Assembly: GCF_009914755.1 (NCBI RefSeq)
Contig: NC_060947.1
Origin: the human T2T-CHM13v2.0 reference genome, Homo sapiens
Reading direction: 5' to 3' (one strand)
Length of the DNA stretch: 64,000 bases
Positions 15,989 to 33,585 of the stretch are shown here, piece after piece. The translations under genes were made by a program, and so were the position numbers. Position 1 is the stretch's first letter. The number at the start of each line of letters is the position of its first letter. The notes below the pieces were generated by a model. That model had not been told where the DNA came from. It was given only the letters and a program-made list of their open reading frames with translations, and made no database searches.

Positions 15989-16550
15989 CTGCAGTAAGAG
16001 ACAGCATTTATGAGTACAGTGACATAAGAAAAGTGCCCCTTTAAAAGAAATATCGAGTGCTTGTTCACATTATCTGTGCACCTTAGCTCATAAGCCAGGT
16101 ACTAAAGGAAAAGCAAGAAATGACTAGAGATGAGTGTCTGACTAGAATTAGTGCTCTTAGGATCTCAGAAAGTAACTGAGCCAGAATCTAAGTGACAGTA
16201 GTTGAAACTCTATGGAAAAATGACAAGAAGCAAGAGCCATGTTCTTAACTGTTTTATTTGTATCTCTGAATCCCCCATGGTCAGGACCAAAGCCATGTTC
16301 AGACACAGAGACAATGTCTGACCACAGCAAACTAGTCAGTCACACAAGACAGCCATCCCCACACACAGATGACTGTAGGCATCTATCCTCCCATCAAAAC
16401 CAAAAACGAGTAAGTTCCTTGAAACAACACGAGGTTTCTTCCCAAATACAAATATGACACTGGTCTAGGTAGAAACCTAAATATATTTCCATCTTTTTTC
16501 AATTTGTAAACACATCATTTTTGTGACATTTTTCAAGATATACACCAAAA

Positions 16551-16882
16551 GGACCAGGTAATGGTGACTCATGCCTGTAATCCCAGCACCCTGGGAGACC
16601 AAGGCAGGCAGATACCTTGAATCCAGGAGTTCAAAACCAGTCTAGGAAAAATGGCAAAACCCCATCTCTACTAAAAATACAAAAAATTAGCCGAACATGG
16701 TGGTGCATGCCTGTAGTCCCAACTACTCAGGAGGCTGAAGTGAGAGGATCACCAGAGTCTGGGAGGTCAAGGCTGCAATGAGCCAAGATTGCACCACTGC
16801 ACTCCAGCCTGTGCAACCAGAGTGAGACCCTGTCTAAAAAAACAAGAAAGAAAAAAAGAAAAGAAAAAAGAAAAAGAAAAAA
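16551..16882 (+). mobile_element. AluJ-like
   Basis: Diverged dimer with A-rich tail. Confidence 0.9.
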
Positions 16883-18874
16883 ATATATACACCAGAAATG
16901 TTTGTCAGTTTAGGGTTGAGGGTTTGACCTATTTTGGACAATGCAGGAGTAAACTAGTTACCATCTGAATACTTGGAATAATAAAATAAGGCCTTTCAGT
17001 AATTTGATATTGCTTTCTACAGAGCTGGGGCCCCCTGGGCATGATGCTATATTCTGAAGAACTGAGGCTTTATTCCATCCAGCAGTATTCACTACTACTT
17101 GCATATGATTATGAGAATAACCCTTCGAGTTTTTTGTTTTGTTGGTTTTTTTTAGTCTAGACGCCCCCATGGAAGTCATATAAACGAACATCCACATAAC
17201 TGTAATCATCACACTAACTAGCTGGTGTTAATTCATACAGTTAATTTTCTCTTTGCTACCATTAAAGAGATGAAGGAAAGAATGATTTATATCCAAGCCT
17301 ATTACTAACAAAGGCTAGTTAATAATAGTGAACTACTTTCAACTTTATGTTAATATCCACAATCTACTTTTGTTGAGGGGTTACCAGGGACAGTATCAGT
17401 ATATGTCTTAACACAAATGGTTAAGATTACTTATAAACAGAAGTCAGGTTATTTCATATGTTCTTATTTTTCTTCCAGAAGGCTAACATTTGCTATTGAC
17501 ATGGGGGGGGGGCGCGGGGAACTTGCATATAGATATTAAAATAAGATCCAAAGAGCTCACAAGGAGAATGCTGGAGAAGAAAATCTTCATATTTCTATAT
17601 AAAAACGTACACATTTCCCCCATAGATAATTCCAGTAACTTAAAAATGACCAAAAAAAAAAACCCATCCTTCTATAAAATCATCTAAAGATCTAAAGGTA
17701 GAAGTTGCAGGGGAGAGGGATAGGGGAAAATACAAAACTATCCGCTAGTTTGCTTAATTTGGAAAATAACTCCATAAATAAATATTTGCAAAGGATAGTC
17801 AACTCTTGACCCTTGGTACTAGAGAGTGTCAGGGAATTCTCCAAGCTGGATGAGAGCCCCAGCTTAAACCTTCTACTCGTCTCCATTCTTGTAGCCCCAA
17901 ATTGGCTGAGCAGGAGAAGCAACTCTCAGAGGTTCTCTAATGTGAAGGAAGTAATTTTTCTCAATGCCTATCACCTTAAAAGCCATTTCTTTCATCACAA
18001 AAAAATGAAAGTAGCAGCTACCCAGCAAAGAAAAGGAAACCAAATCACATTTTGTAACCTAGCCTAATTTACTTCTACACAACAGAAAAACTGATCCTGC
18101 ACTCTCTTCTCTCCTAGTCTCCTCCTACAAAATAGCATCTCCCTGTTAAAGTCATTATATTAAAATAAATTGAAGAAATAATTTAATATAAAAAACTAAG
18201 CAGATTACCACCATGTGGGTTGCATTTATAGATGATCAGGAATTGGGATGATTTAGCTAAAATTGTAAAACAAACTTTAGACTCTTTCACTTCAGATATA
18301 TGCAAGGTTTTTTTCTAATATAAGAAAGTTAGAAAGTGTTAGCCTAGCAAATTTTTAACAGACTGAAGCATATAATATTGTTTGTTTTGACCTAACAGTA
18401 ACCTGGTGGCATTAAAAAAAGAAAAAAGAGATAATACAGCATCAAGGGTTTATCATCTTACAATTAGAAAAGAAGGCAGCACTGAGAAAGCCCAACTCAC
18501 CAAATGCCAGTGAGCAAAACAAAGTCCACGCAGCTAATAGGAGAGCAAAAAGTGATATAAAAAAAGTAAAAACTGATACGAATACAAGGCAGTGTCATTC
18601 AATTTCAGACAACCCTCATATTTGGGGACAGACTTTAAAACAAATCATTAATGTGTTTGGCTCTAGCCCTCTCTGCAAATAAGTTGGTCTGTTAAGCAAT
18701 ATTTTGAAAACATTCTTCCACAAGTAAAGTCCATACTAAACTTGTGATAGCATCTGTTGGAAATGTTTCAAGCACGAAGAATCATCGTCCTGGACTTAAT
18801 GTCTCAAAAATCGATCTTAATAAGTTTAAAATAGAATGTTTCAGAAAACAGTGGAAAAATATTAAGAAAGCTTT

Positions 18875-19157
18875 TGGCCAGGTGCGGTGGCTCATGCCTA
18901 TTATCCCAGTACTTTGGGAGGCTGAGGTGAGCAGATGACCTGAGTTCAAGAGTTTGAGACCAGCGTGGCCAACATGGCGAAACCCCATCTCTACTAAAAA
19001 TACAAAAATTAGCTGGGTGTGGTGGTTCATGCCTATTAACCCAGCTACTGGGGAGGCTGCGGCAGGAGAATCACTTGAACCCGGGAGTCAAGATCATGCC
19101 ACCGCACTCCAGCCTGGGTGATAGAGTGAGACTCGGTCTCAAAAACAAAAAGAAAAA
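18875..19157 (+). mobile_element. AluS with right-arm deletion
   Basis: Dimer; TSD ~attaagaaag. Confidence 0.92.
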
Positions 19158-19726
19158 CATTAAGAAAGTTTTTAGCATTTAATGTTCAAATCTAAAAGTA
19201 AATTCTGGCCAAGTCCTTTTCAAAACAATTCCCTAAACAATGGTCCTTGATAGGTCTTATTTTAGATAAGTATACATAAATCACATATTGGTTAATAGTA
19301 GATTAAAACTGCCATACTAAAATACATTTCAATGTTTAGAAATGTTGTTATCAAGAAATACAGGTCAAAAACAGTATGTATGACTGCATTCTAAATATGT
19401 ACATATATTTGAGTGTTACATATTCATAGAAAAATTAGCAAAATGTACTTCAAATACTAACAGTTATTGCTGGGTGGTAGGATTAGAGGTGAATTGTTTT
19501 AATATTTGCATATATTTTGGGTTTTTTTCCTGCTGATTTAGTGTCTTCCAAAATTTTCAAAAATAAAAATTGTGTACTTAAAATTTATTTTAAAAATCAT
19601 AAAGGAACAAGAAAATGTCTCATTAAAAACAGTACTAAAAAACTGTCGTAAGCCAGTCAAACTACTGGAAGGTATCACTCACACGCTAAGCTGTGGGAGA
19701 ATCTTTTCCCCTTAAGAATATATGTG

Positions 19727-20383
<657 letters not shown>

Positions 20384-20552
20384 TCATAAGATTGAGTCAC
20401 TTGATTCGTAAATATTAAAACATATTAAATAAATGTTATAACATAAGTACAACTACCCAAAGTCTAGCCTGTGCAATGTACAGAATGAACTAGATATGTT
20501 GCTTCATGGAAAAGTTAGATAACTTTTTTAAAAAGTTTTTTAAAAATATTCA

Positions 20553-20875
<323 letters not shown>

Positions 20876-21010
20876 TATTCAAACATTACAAAATATATTA
20901 AATGAAGTGAAAGTGTCCTTTTTATCCAACCACCTAGAAATAACAGCTTTTTACATTTGGTGGGTAACTTTGAAGCCTTTTTTCTAAGCATATTCTAATA
21001 CACACATACA

Positions 21011-21634
<624 letters not shown>

Positions 21635-21672
21635 AACACATACAATTTTTAAACAACAATTGAATCATACTA

Positions 21673-22035
<363 letters not shown>

Positions 22036-22319
22036 AACTGACTCTCTTACATGTCTTTCCATGGCAGAATACATAGATCTATTTTTTAACCATTCCAAGG
22101 CATTCCATTGATTGCATGACCATATCACAATTAAGTTAACCCATATTCTCTGTTGGTAGACATTTGGGGTTTTTCTAATTTCTGATCATTTGAAAGATCA
22201 GAATGAACATCCCTATCAATATACTTATGCTAGTGATTCTAGAGGATTTATATCTAGCAGAACTGCTGATTCAAAAGGGTATGATCATTTTATATTTAGT
22301 CTATTAAAAATTGCCCTCC

Positions 22320-23265
22320 AGGCCTAGAAGCAGTGATACCCCAATAGCAATGAGCATATCCAGCACACAGATCTTGTTCCAAATACTATTCTCCAAGAAA
22401 AAGAACCAGAGCTCTTTGGAGCAGTTGATTACGGGGCTGAGGCAGGAAATATTCAAGATGAGGTTAGTGTTATCTGGTGCCAAGGAATAAAAAAGTGCTG
22501 AATTTTTTTAAATGGAGACATGTGAAAAGGACACAGGGGCCAACCCAAAAAGAGTTCCCAATGGCCACAGCTGGTATTAACACAATCTGGGCAACAAATA
22601 ACAATAATACTAGATTATATCCCACAGAGTAAAATAATACCCACGAGTCCATACTAATATAAATGAACGATCAAATAAGTAAATGAGGGAGAAGAGACTA
22701 ATCTTCCTCATAGAAGAATTCTAATAAATGTAGAAGGAATAAAGGAAATAGAAATCTCCATTAGAACACCACAGGAATAATTACTACAGGCAAAATCCAT
22801 CAGTGAATGCTAATGCTGGTGAGCAAAAGCTGAAACTGGACATTACATTGTCTCAAAGTATCTCCCCCAAATATGTATTAATAAAAAGTGTGTGGATATT
22901 ACTTCATTGCAAAGGGGAAAATGATAACATTACTGTGGAAAAACACAGCTGATACCATCTTAACTAGGTGATCAGAGTTACCATCACCAGTATAAGGTAC
23001 ATCTATATCATGTAAGCCCTAGTTTGATTCACTGAGAAGAACACAGCATCATTTTTGTGGTATTCTTGCCCAAACTGCATAATCTCAATCAAATCATGAA
23101 AAAACATTAGATTAACCCAGATTAGGAACATTTTTAGTTTTTATAATTGTACTATAATCGTGTAACATGTTAACATTAGGGGAAATTGGGTAAAGGACCC
23201 ATGGAAATGGTGTATGATTTTTGCAACTCTATTGTGAGTCTAAAATTTATTTTTTTTAAAAAAGT
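22320..23265 (+). mobile_element. Old L1M (L1MC/MD-like) 3' UTR fragment
   Basis: gttaacattaggggaaattgggtaaagg...tttgcaactct...gtctaaaatt 3' signature. Confidence 0.6.
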
Positions 23266-23412
23266 AAAAATGCCCTCTAAAAAAGAATATAGTTTCATAT
23301 TCCCACCGGCAGTATATTAATATGCCCATTTCCCCATATCTCCTCCAATACTGGATTGAACTGTTTGATAGATACCAAAAACACTGTCTTAATTTTTTGC
23401 TTTTCACTATTA

Positions 23413-23722
<310 letters not shown>

Positions 23723-24409
23723 TTCACTATGTCTGAATTTCTTAGACATATTAGATAAATATTGTGGGGTTTTTTTGTTGTTGTTGGCTGTTTGTTTTTT
23801 AGTTTTAAGTAGTAAAATATATCTCCTTTATGGCTTCTGGGTCATTTTCCCACTTCAAGACTATAAAATTATTCCCTCGCATTTCTTAGAAGTATGATTA
23901 TTAGGTCACAGATCTTATAAACTATGCCATATTCACATTCTCTGATACCTTCTTGCTTGAGATACCAAACTGCATATCCATGACAACAGTCATATTTCCT
24001 TGCATAGATAAATATGCAGTATTCTGATAGTTTTCACTTTATCCATTTTGAAGCAATGTTTATTTTTATTTTTCTTACTTAAATAAGGTAAACATTACAG
24101 CAAATAAGCAATGCTTATTTATCTTAGACCCATTCTCTTCATCTAAACTCAAAGACAGAGTCTAGTTTGAATGCCAAGAGAAATAGTCCAATCTTAGCTA
24201 ATAATTCTATCATTCATTTTGTTACATAAATTCTCCCCCATGATTAGTATGAAGATATATAAATACGATGTAGATCTATCAAGTGCCTAATGAACTGCAA
24301 GCACACAAATTTCACTCCTTACATACCAAGTTGTAGACTCTCAGAACCAAAATAGGCTTTAAAGTAAAGATAATGAGCTTGTCTCTAAAAAAGAAACACT
24401 TCTCTTGGG

Positions 24410-24715
24410 CAAACCTGGAGGACACTATGCTAAGTGAAATAAGCTAGACACAGAAGGACAAATACTACATTACACCATTTATAAAAGGAAACTAAAAAGA
24501 GTCAAACTCATAGAAGCAGAGAGCAGAATGGTGGTGACCAGGGGCTGGGTAGAGGGAGAAACAGGATGGTATTAGTCAAATGATACAAAGTTTCAGTTAT
24601 GAAAGATGAAGAAGTCCCAGAGATCTACTGTACAGCATGGTGCCTATAGTTAACAATACTGCATTGTGTATTTTAAAATTTGCTAATAGGGTATATCTTA
24701 TTTTAAGTGTTTTCA

Positions 24716-24750
<35 letters not shown>

Positions 24751-24912
24751 AATAACAATACATAAGAGGGCAGGAGGAAACTTTTGGAAGTGATGGATGG
24801 GTTTATGGCATAGATTGTGGTGATGATTCTCTCCGAACTCATTGAGTTGTATACATTCCATCTTTACAGCTTTTTGTATGTCAATCCTACCACAATAAAA
24901 TGGTTTTAAAAA
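24410..24912 (+). mobile_element. L1MA/MB 3' end containing a (TC)n(CA)n microsatellite (24716-24750)
   Basis: aacctggaggacactatgctaagtgaaataagc...gagatctactgtacagcatgg. Confidence 0.85.
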
Positions 24913-25462
24913 ATGAGGGATGGGTCATTAATTATTGTCCATTTTTGGTGCCAATAGTTTTCAAAGGCAACTTTTTAATTATATAGGTGTAATCATTCTC
25001 TAGGGAAAAATGAATACAAATTAGAGTGTGCACACAGATGTTTCCAAATGAATCCATCCATCTCTCTTTAGGAAGTCTCTGCAGTGTACATTTCTTAGGA
25101 CAGTTTTGCTTAAGGAAGTTTAGCTTGTTCTGCTACCAGTGACAGAGAGCAGGATAAAAGACACAGGGAACCAGTGAGATGCCTACTAAAATAAGAAATG
25201 GAAGATGCTCAAAGACAAACATTGCCTGGTTTGACATTTTGTCTGTGTGGTTTATTCTGCCTATTTGCTTCCTTTACCTGAAGCTTAACTGAAATCTCCG
25301 GTTTCTGAACCATACTTTTTATCTCGGCTTTGAAATTCAGTTTAAATATGTACCTTTTGGGAAATTGTTGCTATTTATTTTTTTAACCACAAACCCACCC
25401 ATCCTTCATATTTAGTGACAAATAGAAGCTATTAAAACACTAGAGGGATTTTCAATATCTGA

Positions 25463-25785
<323 letters not shown>

Positions 25786-27272
25786 CATTTACTTTTTAGC
25801 AACAATGTTTAAATCTTGACTTTTGAATAGGGGTATATACTAGCTTAAAATAACTTACTATAACACAAATAAATTATGGAGTGAAGTTCTAGGTTGACAT
25901 TAAAATTTATTCATCTACTCTTTACCTTCTTCACAGAGGTTGTAAGAATTTTAAAAATTGAATACAATGATAACTGTAAAATAATTTTAAAAAGAAAGAA
26001 ACAGTTCCCCCCACTCCATGACTAAGAAGCTAAAATAGGGTCTGCTTTCTAGAACATTAAGAAAGCACCCTATGTGCTTCCCTCTATACTAAAGTTAGGA
26101 AATTCTTTCTAATCAGTTATAATTACAGCTTTACTCTTAAGATCATCTTGAGACTAGATAAAAGATGAATGTGAGAGTATGAAAAAACAACAAGAATGCA
26201 CACCATTCCTTTTCCTTCAGTTACCTAGAATTAAATTAGCAGCAGTATCAACAGGGAAAGCACATTCTGTTTATGAGCTCTCAATATATCAATTGCATTT
26301 AAATTAGAATTTTTCAAAGTCATAAAAATCAACTGATAATACTTTTTGAGGTCCACACCTAAGAAACAGCTTGATTATCATGAAACAACTACTGGGGAAA
26401 AAACTTTCAACATATGAAAATTGCTGTCACACTGATAATTCTTGACTCTGAATTAAGAATCTTACGATACTGATTTTTAAATATTTTGGACAAACAGATT
26501 ACATAACAGCAAACACTGACCTTACCACAACTCTCCTTTCCAAGTTTAGTCAAGAAGTGTGTTGATACATGGATGAATCTGAATTTACAAGGCATTCATT
26601 AAAATACTACAGACCTGAACAATACTTGAAGAAAGTGATTGTTACCTTAAGTGTTCTTAACCAGAAAGTACTCTTGTGTAACAATCAAGACTTCCCACAA
26701 AATTTGTACAATTTTTGCCAGAATGTATGTTTTGTTTTTGTTTTTTAAAATGGCAAAAACATAAGTCTTACACACAGAGAAATGCCTAACGTAATGAGCA
26801 GAAAGTACATATGGAATTACAACTTTAGGAGAAAAAAATAGCACTTTCCTCTACATTAGAGACTGATAAAAGTATTTCAGAAAGGAAAAATATATTTTTA
26901 GAAACATAGACCCTTAGAGTTAAAATATGGTCCGTTTAGACAATTCTCAAAGTACCAGCTGGAGTTACCAGTTCCTTGCAGTACTACTACTTATAATATT
27001 GCATCCTTATTTTAATTCCTGCCATGAATAACTTTTATTTACTAAAACAGATAGCAATGCACTGGGGGTCCATAAAAACTAGTGCCAATTAAGAATAAAG
27101 AAATTACTCAGTGCTGCCAAAAGTATACAAAAAGGCACTTTATATACTGTTGACAAAAGTAGAAATTAGTACATGCTAAATAGAAAATAACTTGGTAATA
27201 TGTGACAACAGGCCTTCAGTTATACTTCCTGCACTTGTAATTTCACTTTCTATTTCTGGGAATATCCTAAAG

Positions 27273-27420
27273 CCACAGTTCTCAAACTTTCGGGCACCAG
27301 AGACCAGAGGCGGAGCTCAGGCAGAAATGCTCACTTGTCGCTCACCTCCTGCTGTGCAGCACAGCTCCTAACAGGCCATGGACCAGTACCGGTCCATGGT
27401 CTGGGAGTTGCGGACCCCTA
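27273..27420. mobile_element. MER1B-like hAT-Charlie element
   Basis: 8-bp TSD tcctaaag (27265-27272 / 27421-27428); internal palindrome ccatggaccagtaccggtccatgg. Confidence 0.8.
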
Positions 27421-27717
27421 TCCTAAAGGAAATCATTAGAGATTCACACAAAAAAATAGAGGACAGTCATCATGGTGGTATGGATAACAGAAAAAAAAAA
27501 TAGGAACAACTTCAAATTCCCAATAGGTGATTGGTAAAATAATGTATCCATGTGATCAAATACTATGCGGCCATCAAATGCAGCATTGCCAGAGTATTTA
27601 AGAGTATGAGAAAATGTTTAAGATATATGAAGTGAAATTGGTTTAAGATGAAACTTCATACTCAAGATCAACTTCCTCAAATTTATGTAGGCTATAAACC
27701 AAAATGTTAATCTCTAG

Positions 27718-28032
<315 letters not shown>

Positions 28033-28474
28033 TAGAGGTTATTTTTAGTTTTATCCTTATAATTTCCCTACATTTTCTAAAACTTCTACAGTGAATGTTA
28101 CTTTTATCATTTAATAATAAAGTAGAAAATATAGCACCAGCCTTTCAATTAATTCTAATGTGTGTCTATGTATTGATAGTAACAATGAATATGGTCCAAA
28201 AGGTGTTTAGCCCTACTCAAGTGGCAAAGTAATACTGTAAAAGGAGCTAAAAGTTGGCTTTATTTGTACTAAGGAAAGCAGGTTAGATCTTCGGTTTTTA
28301 AATTAGGCTCAAAGCAAAATAAACTCTTCTTTTGCTCATGTAATATAACCTATAAGCTAAATAAAATGAGGGTTTTCTTCCTTACTATAACTACCATGGT
28401 TAACTGTTTTCTGAAGCTAAGCATCCTTTTGGTGTCCCTTATGTCAAAACGTGACTAACAAAAATTGACTGGTA

Positions 28475-28704
28475 CAAGCTGAGTCTCCCTAATCTGAAAA
28501 TCCAAAATCTGAAATGCTCCAAAATCTGAAACGTTGTGAGCACCAACATGACACACAAAGGACATTCTCATTGGAGTATTTCAGATTTTTGGATTAGGGA
28601 TGCTCAACCAGTCAGTATATAATGCAAATATTCCAAAACCTGAAAAATTCCAAAATCCAAACACTTCTGGCCCCAGGCATTTTGGATAAGAGATACTCAA
28701 CCTG
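28475..28704. mobile_element. Tigger4/MER46-like TcMar MITE
   Basis: TA flanks, TIRs caagctgagtctccct / agagatactcaacctg, internal aaatcc/aaatctg repeats. Confidence 0.82.
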
Positions 28705-29612
28705 TAATAGCAAGTTAACAGACAATATCAAAAAGCCAGACAATCATGAGGGGTTCTGCACAGATGAAAGTATAAATTTCTTTAAAGCTAAGAGTTCTAC
28801 TTACTTATCCTATTAAAACAAATGGGAACTCAAATGCCAGATTATATCTGCATGAGATAGAATAGGTACCATGCCATACTTGCAACCTTCTGCCCCATAA
28901 TGAAAATGTTTTTCAACTGACCAGAATCAGTCCCCTACAGGAAATTAAGCCTGCCCCAGGAGAAGGTAACTCAAGCAAAAGGAACCAAATGAATATCATT
29001 CCTTTGATGTCTGTGATTAGTAGACCCAGAGGGCTACTTTCCACACGGGTGATCAGAGGGCCTGTGAAAGGAGGGGATTTCAGAAGTGAGCTTTCCATCA
29101 GTACTTTCTTCTTTACAACCTGGTTCTGGGACCAAATACTCAAACTTCAAAGGGTATCATCTTACCTGTCTAGCTTCAGACATTCCAATCAACTGTGCTA
29201 TCACATTACAAATGTGTACTAGCTGACTTCAAAAAGTAGGAGGCAGAAAAGGCTGAATCATTTCTTTCTCTCAAAGTTTTTCTTTCGAAATGTTTCGAGC
29301 AGTGGTAAAATATCATTAAGTAATTTCACTTCCTGTAAGGCCCACACATCTACAAATGTGTCCTGCAATAACCCCAACAGGGTCTGGCAGCATGGAGTTC
29401 ACAATGCTAAAAAGTATAAAAAGAATACAGCTGCTACGCATACAATTCCAGTATAATAATACAACAGAATATTTTCTCAAAAATTAACTTTTACTCCAAA
29501 GTAGAGGGAAATCTCTCTGTCACTGATGGTTCGCTAAACTGGGTTGAGCCAGTACTTCGGAAGCTAGAGTCACAAACCTGATCCCCAGATAAACTGGTTA
29601 AAATGAAGGCGA

Positions 29613-29914
<302 letters not shown>

Positions 29915-30484
29915 TGTAGGTGAACACATTTCCCAGCTTTCTGAGGACTGTCCTGTGGTTGTCCCAGCATAATTATCAAACCCCTCTTTCTTTTGCAAAA
30001 ATATCCTAATGATGACCCTAGTTGTATCCTAACTTTCATCCCATAGAGAACAAGGCAAGAATGTATGGGTATATTAGCAGAAGCCAACCTTCACTCCTGG
30101 AAAAACACTTCCAAGTAAAAACTCCTGTTTGAATCCACAGTCATATACGACGGGCAAGTAAATGAAAGCACCAGCTGCACACCATTAATCACACAAACAC
30201 ACAAGACTCTTTATTCCAAGTGTTTTTCAATGATATCAAATTACTACAATCTTAGTTTATGTGCAACATTTATAATCCAATTTCTAGAATCTAGATTAAC
30301 ACCTTAACTGATGACTTCAAACTGAAGTCAATTTCTCATCTCACAAAAAACACACTTGTATCTTAAACAGATATAGGATAAATCAGATGCATTGTAAGAA
30401 AATATCTCCGTGTATAGGTATTTGATTTGTGACTTTAAAAAAGTATAGTCCTATTTAATAAGTTATGTTCACCCTTTAACTAAT

Positions 30485-30799
30485 TTTATTTTTTAATTTT
30501 TAATTTTTTTTGTTGAGAGATGGGGTCTTGCTTTGTCACCCAGGCTGGAGTACAGTGGCACAATCATAGCTCACTGCTGCCTTGAACTTCTGGGCTCAGG
30601 GGATCCTCCTGCCTTAGCCTCCTATAACTAGGACTTAGAAACTCACCACTGCATCCAGCTAACTTATTTTTTTATTTTTGTAGAGTAAGCATCTCACTAT
30701 CTTAACCAGGCTGGTATTAAACTTCTGGGCTCAAGTGATCCTCCGGCCTTGGTTGCCCAAAGGGTTGGGATTACAGGCATGAGCCACTGCACTCAGCCT
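30485..30799 (-). mobile_element. AluJ-like
   Basis: Diverged reverse dimer. Confidence 0.9.
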
Positions 30800-31144
30800 A
30801 ACTTTAAAAATCAGAGAAAAGGATATTGCCAAGTTAACTTTAACAATCAAACAAAAACCCTAGCCTTGCAGGAAATACATATTTCACACCAATTTTATTT
30901 TTGTAATAAACATGTAACCAGTTATAATTTCCCATCTATGGTTTTTTGGAAAATATGTGTCAATAGCCTCAGAGTTGCATATCAAATGAAGCATTTCATT
31001 CCCAATCAAGAATAAAAGACTAAAGCAAACCTGTATTTCTAAACTAATCCAGATCCTATAAGCTCCAGCTCTTTTTATGGTAGGTAGTACCAGACACAGA
31101 CCATTCCATTTACTAAGGAAGACTATGCCCCAGCTGAGAGGCAA

Positions 31145-31335
31145 TCCAGTATGGTAGTTAGGAGCCAATATGCTACAGCCAGATGACCTGGGTTCAATCC
31201 CTGGCTGTGCCACTTACTAGAGATGGATGACCTAGGGCAAAATATTTAACATCTTTTCCTCATTTGCCACAACCATAAAAATGGAGGGGATAATATTATT
31301 AGTTACAGGTACTGTCATGAGACTTAAAAGAGTTG
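31145..31335 (+). mobile_element. MIR
   Basis: cctgggttcaatccctggctgtgccacttactag core. Confidence 0.8.
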
Positions 31336-31359
31336 ATCTCACAGCTGTAGCCATTACGA

Positions 31360-31740
31360 ACTTGAACCTCTTTTAATTTCTCAAAAGCATCAAGCTTAAT
31401 CTCTCATCTCTGCTTGCTTCTAGCACATGCTTTTCCCTTTGCCAGTAACATTCTCTTCTGCCTTTTCTTGCTTCCCTTTAGGTCTTCATTTAAATGAAAT
31501 GTGTAGAAAGCCTTCCTTGACCTCCTATGTTACGTGAAGTGCCTCTACTATTTGACCTCAAAGTACCCTACGGGACAGCACTTAAATTTGTCTAAGTTCC
31601 TGTTCCCCTGCTAGGCTCTAAGCTCCTTAGAGGCAGAGGTCATGTCTGTCTTGATAACTACTGTAATACCTGGGGCCTAGCACAGTACTGGTTCACAGTA
31701 GGTGCTGGATAAATATTTTTGGAATTAAGTTGGAATGAAA
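31360..31740 (+). mobile_element. L2 3' fragment
   Basis: aagctccttagaggcagagg...gcctagcacagt...cagtaggtgctggataaatatt. Confidence 0.7.
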
Positions 31741-31895
31741 TAAGAAGTCATATTATGTAGAAAGGAAACCAAAAAAGGATTTCCAAGATAAATCTTTCAA
31801 TCTGAGTAGAAGTATATGCCTCTCCACATTTGAAATACATAGGAGGGCCTCCTCTCATATATTAGGAGTCTCATCATTGAACAGGAGAAGTGGCA

Positions 31896-32187
<292 letters not shown>

Positions 32188-32341
32188 AAGAAGTGCCATA
32201 TTCTGACCAAGTACAAACTTGATGCCAATTCTGGGTAAGAACCACGACTTCATAAGCAGAGTAAGTGACAGTGTGTTCAGTGTGTTTACACTTACTATTT
32301 CACATCCTATATTCCAAAGCTTTATTAAAATAAGGGTATCA

Positions 32342-32983
<642 letters not shown>

Positions 32984-33314
32984 TTAGCTAGTCACTACAG
33001 ATATGGAACCAGGATAGAGGACCATCAGGCTCTCTTGCAGAGCTTAGGTGAAAACTCAGAAGTCTATCTCTACCGTACTGACACACAGATGCAAGTCACT
33101 ATAGTTAAAGTTCTCTGCATATGTCATCAACACAAGGATATGTCTTCAGGATGTTGTGCTTATCAGAGACTCCTGGAAGGTAAGTTTGTCAACATTGTTG
33201 CTTAGTCCAAAGGCTTCAGAAACAGCTCACTATTCTAAATGCAGATTCTCAGGGAAGTGAGAGATGGGACAGGGGTGCAGGGTGGTCAGAATAACCTAGA
33301 AATCTTTTTCAAGC

Positions 33315-33402
33315 TATTAGGTTGAACCACATAAAATTGCCAATAGTAAAAAATTTGCTACAGACAAAAAAAAAAGGCAATTTCAAGTCGTTCAACATAA
33401 TA
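33315..33402. mobile_element. MADE2-like mariner MITE
   Basis: TIRs tattaggttgaaccacataaaattgcc / ggcaatttcaagtcgttcaacataata. Confidence 0.7.
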
Positions 33403-33585
33403 TACATACATTTAGAATCACTGGCTTATTGAGCCACTGTAATGATAAGAGTGTCATATTTCTCATTTGTTAGGGGGGAAAAGATTGAGAAGACACACAC
33501 AGTTGGCCTTTTACTTAAAATCATGAAGAATTAACTGAGCAAAGAGATGGAAACAACAAAATATCTAAAAATAGGGAATAAACTA

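Noticed and set aside
28475-28704. Short internal direct repeats superficially like a repeat-spacer array
   Set aside because: Explained by the Tigger4/MER46 consensus; no CRISPR-like array, tRNA or rRNA was seen anywhere in the window
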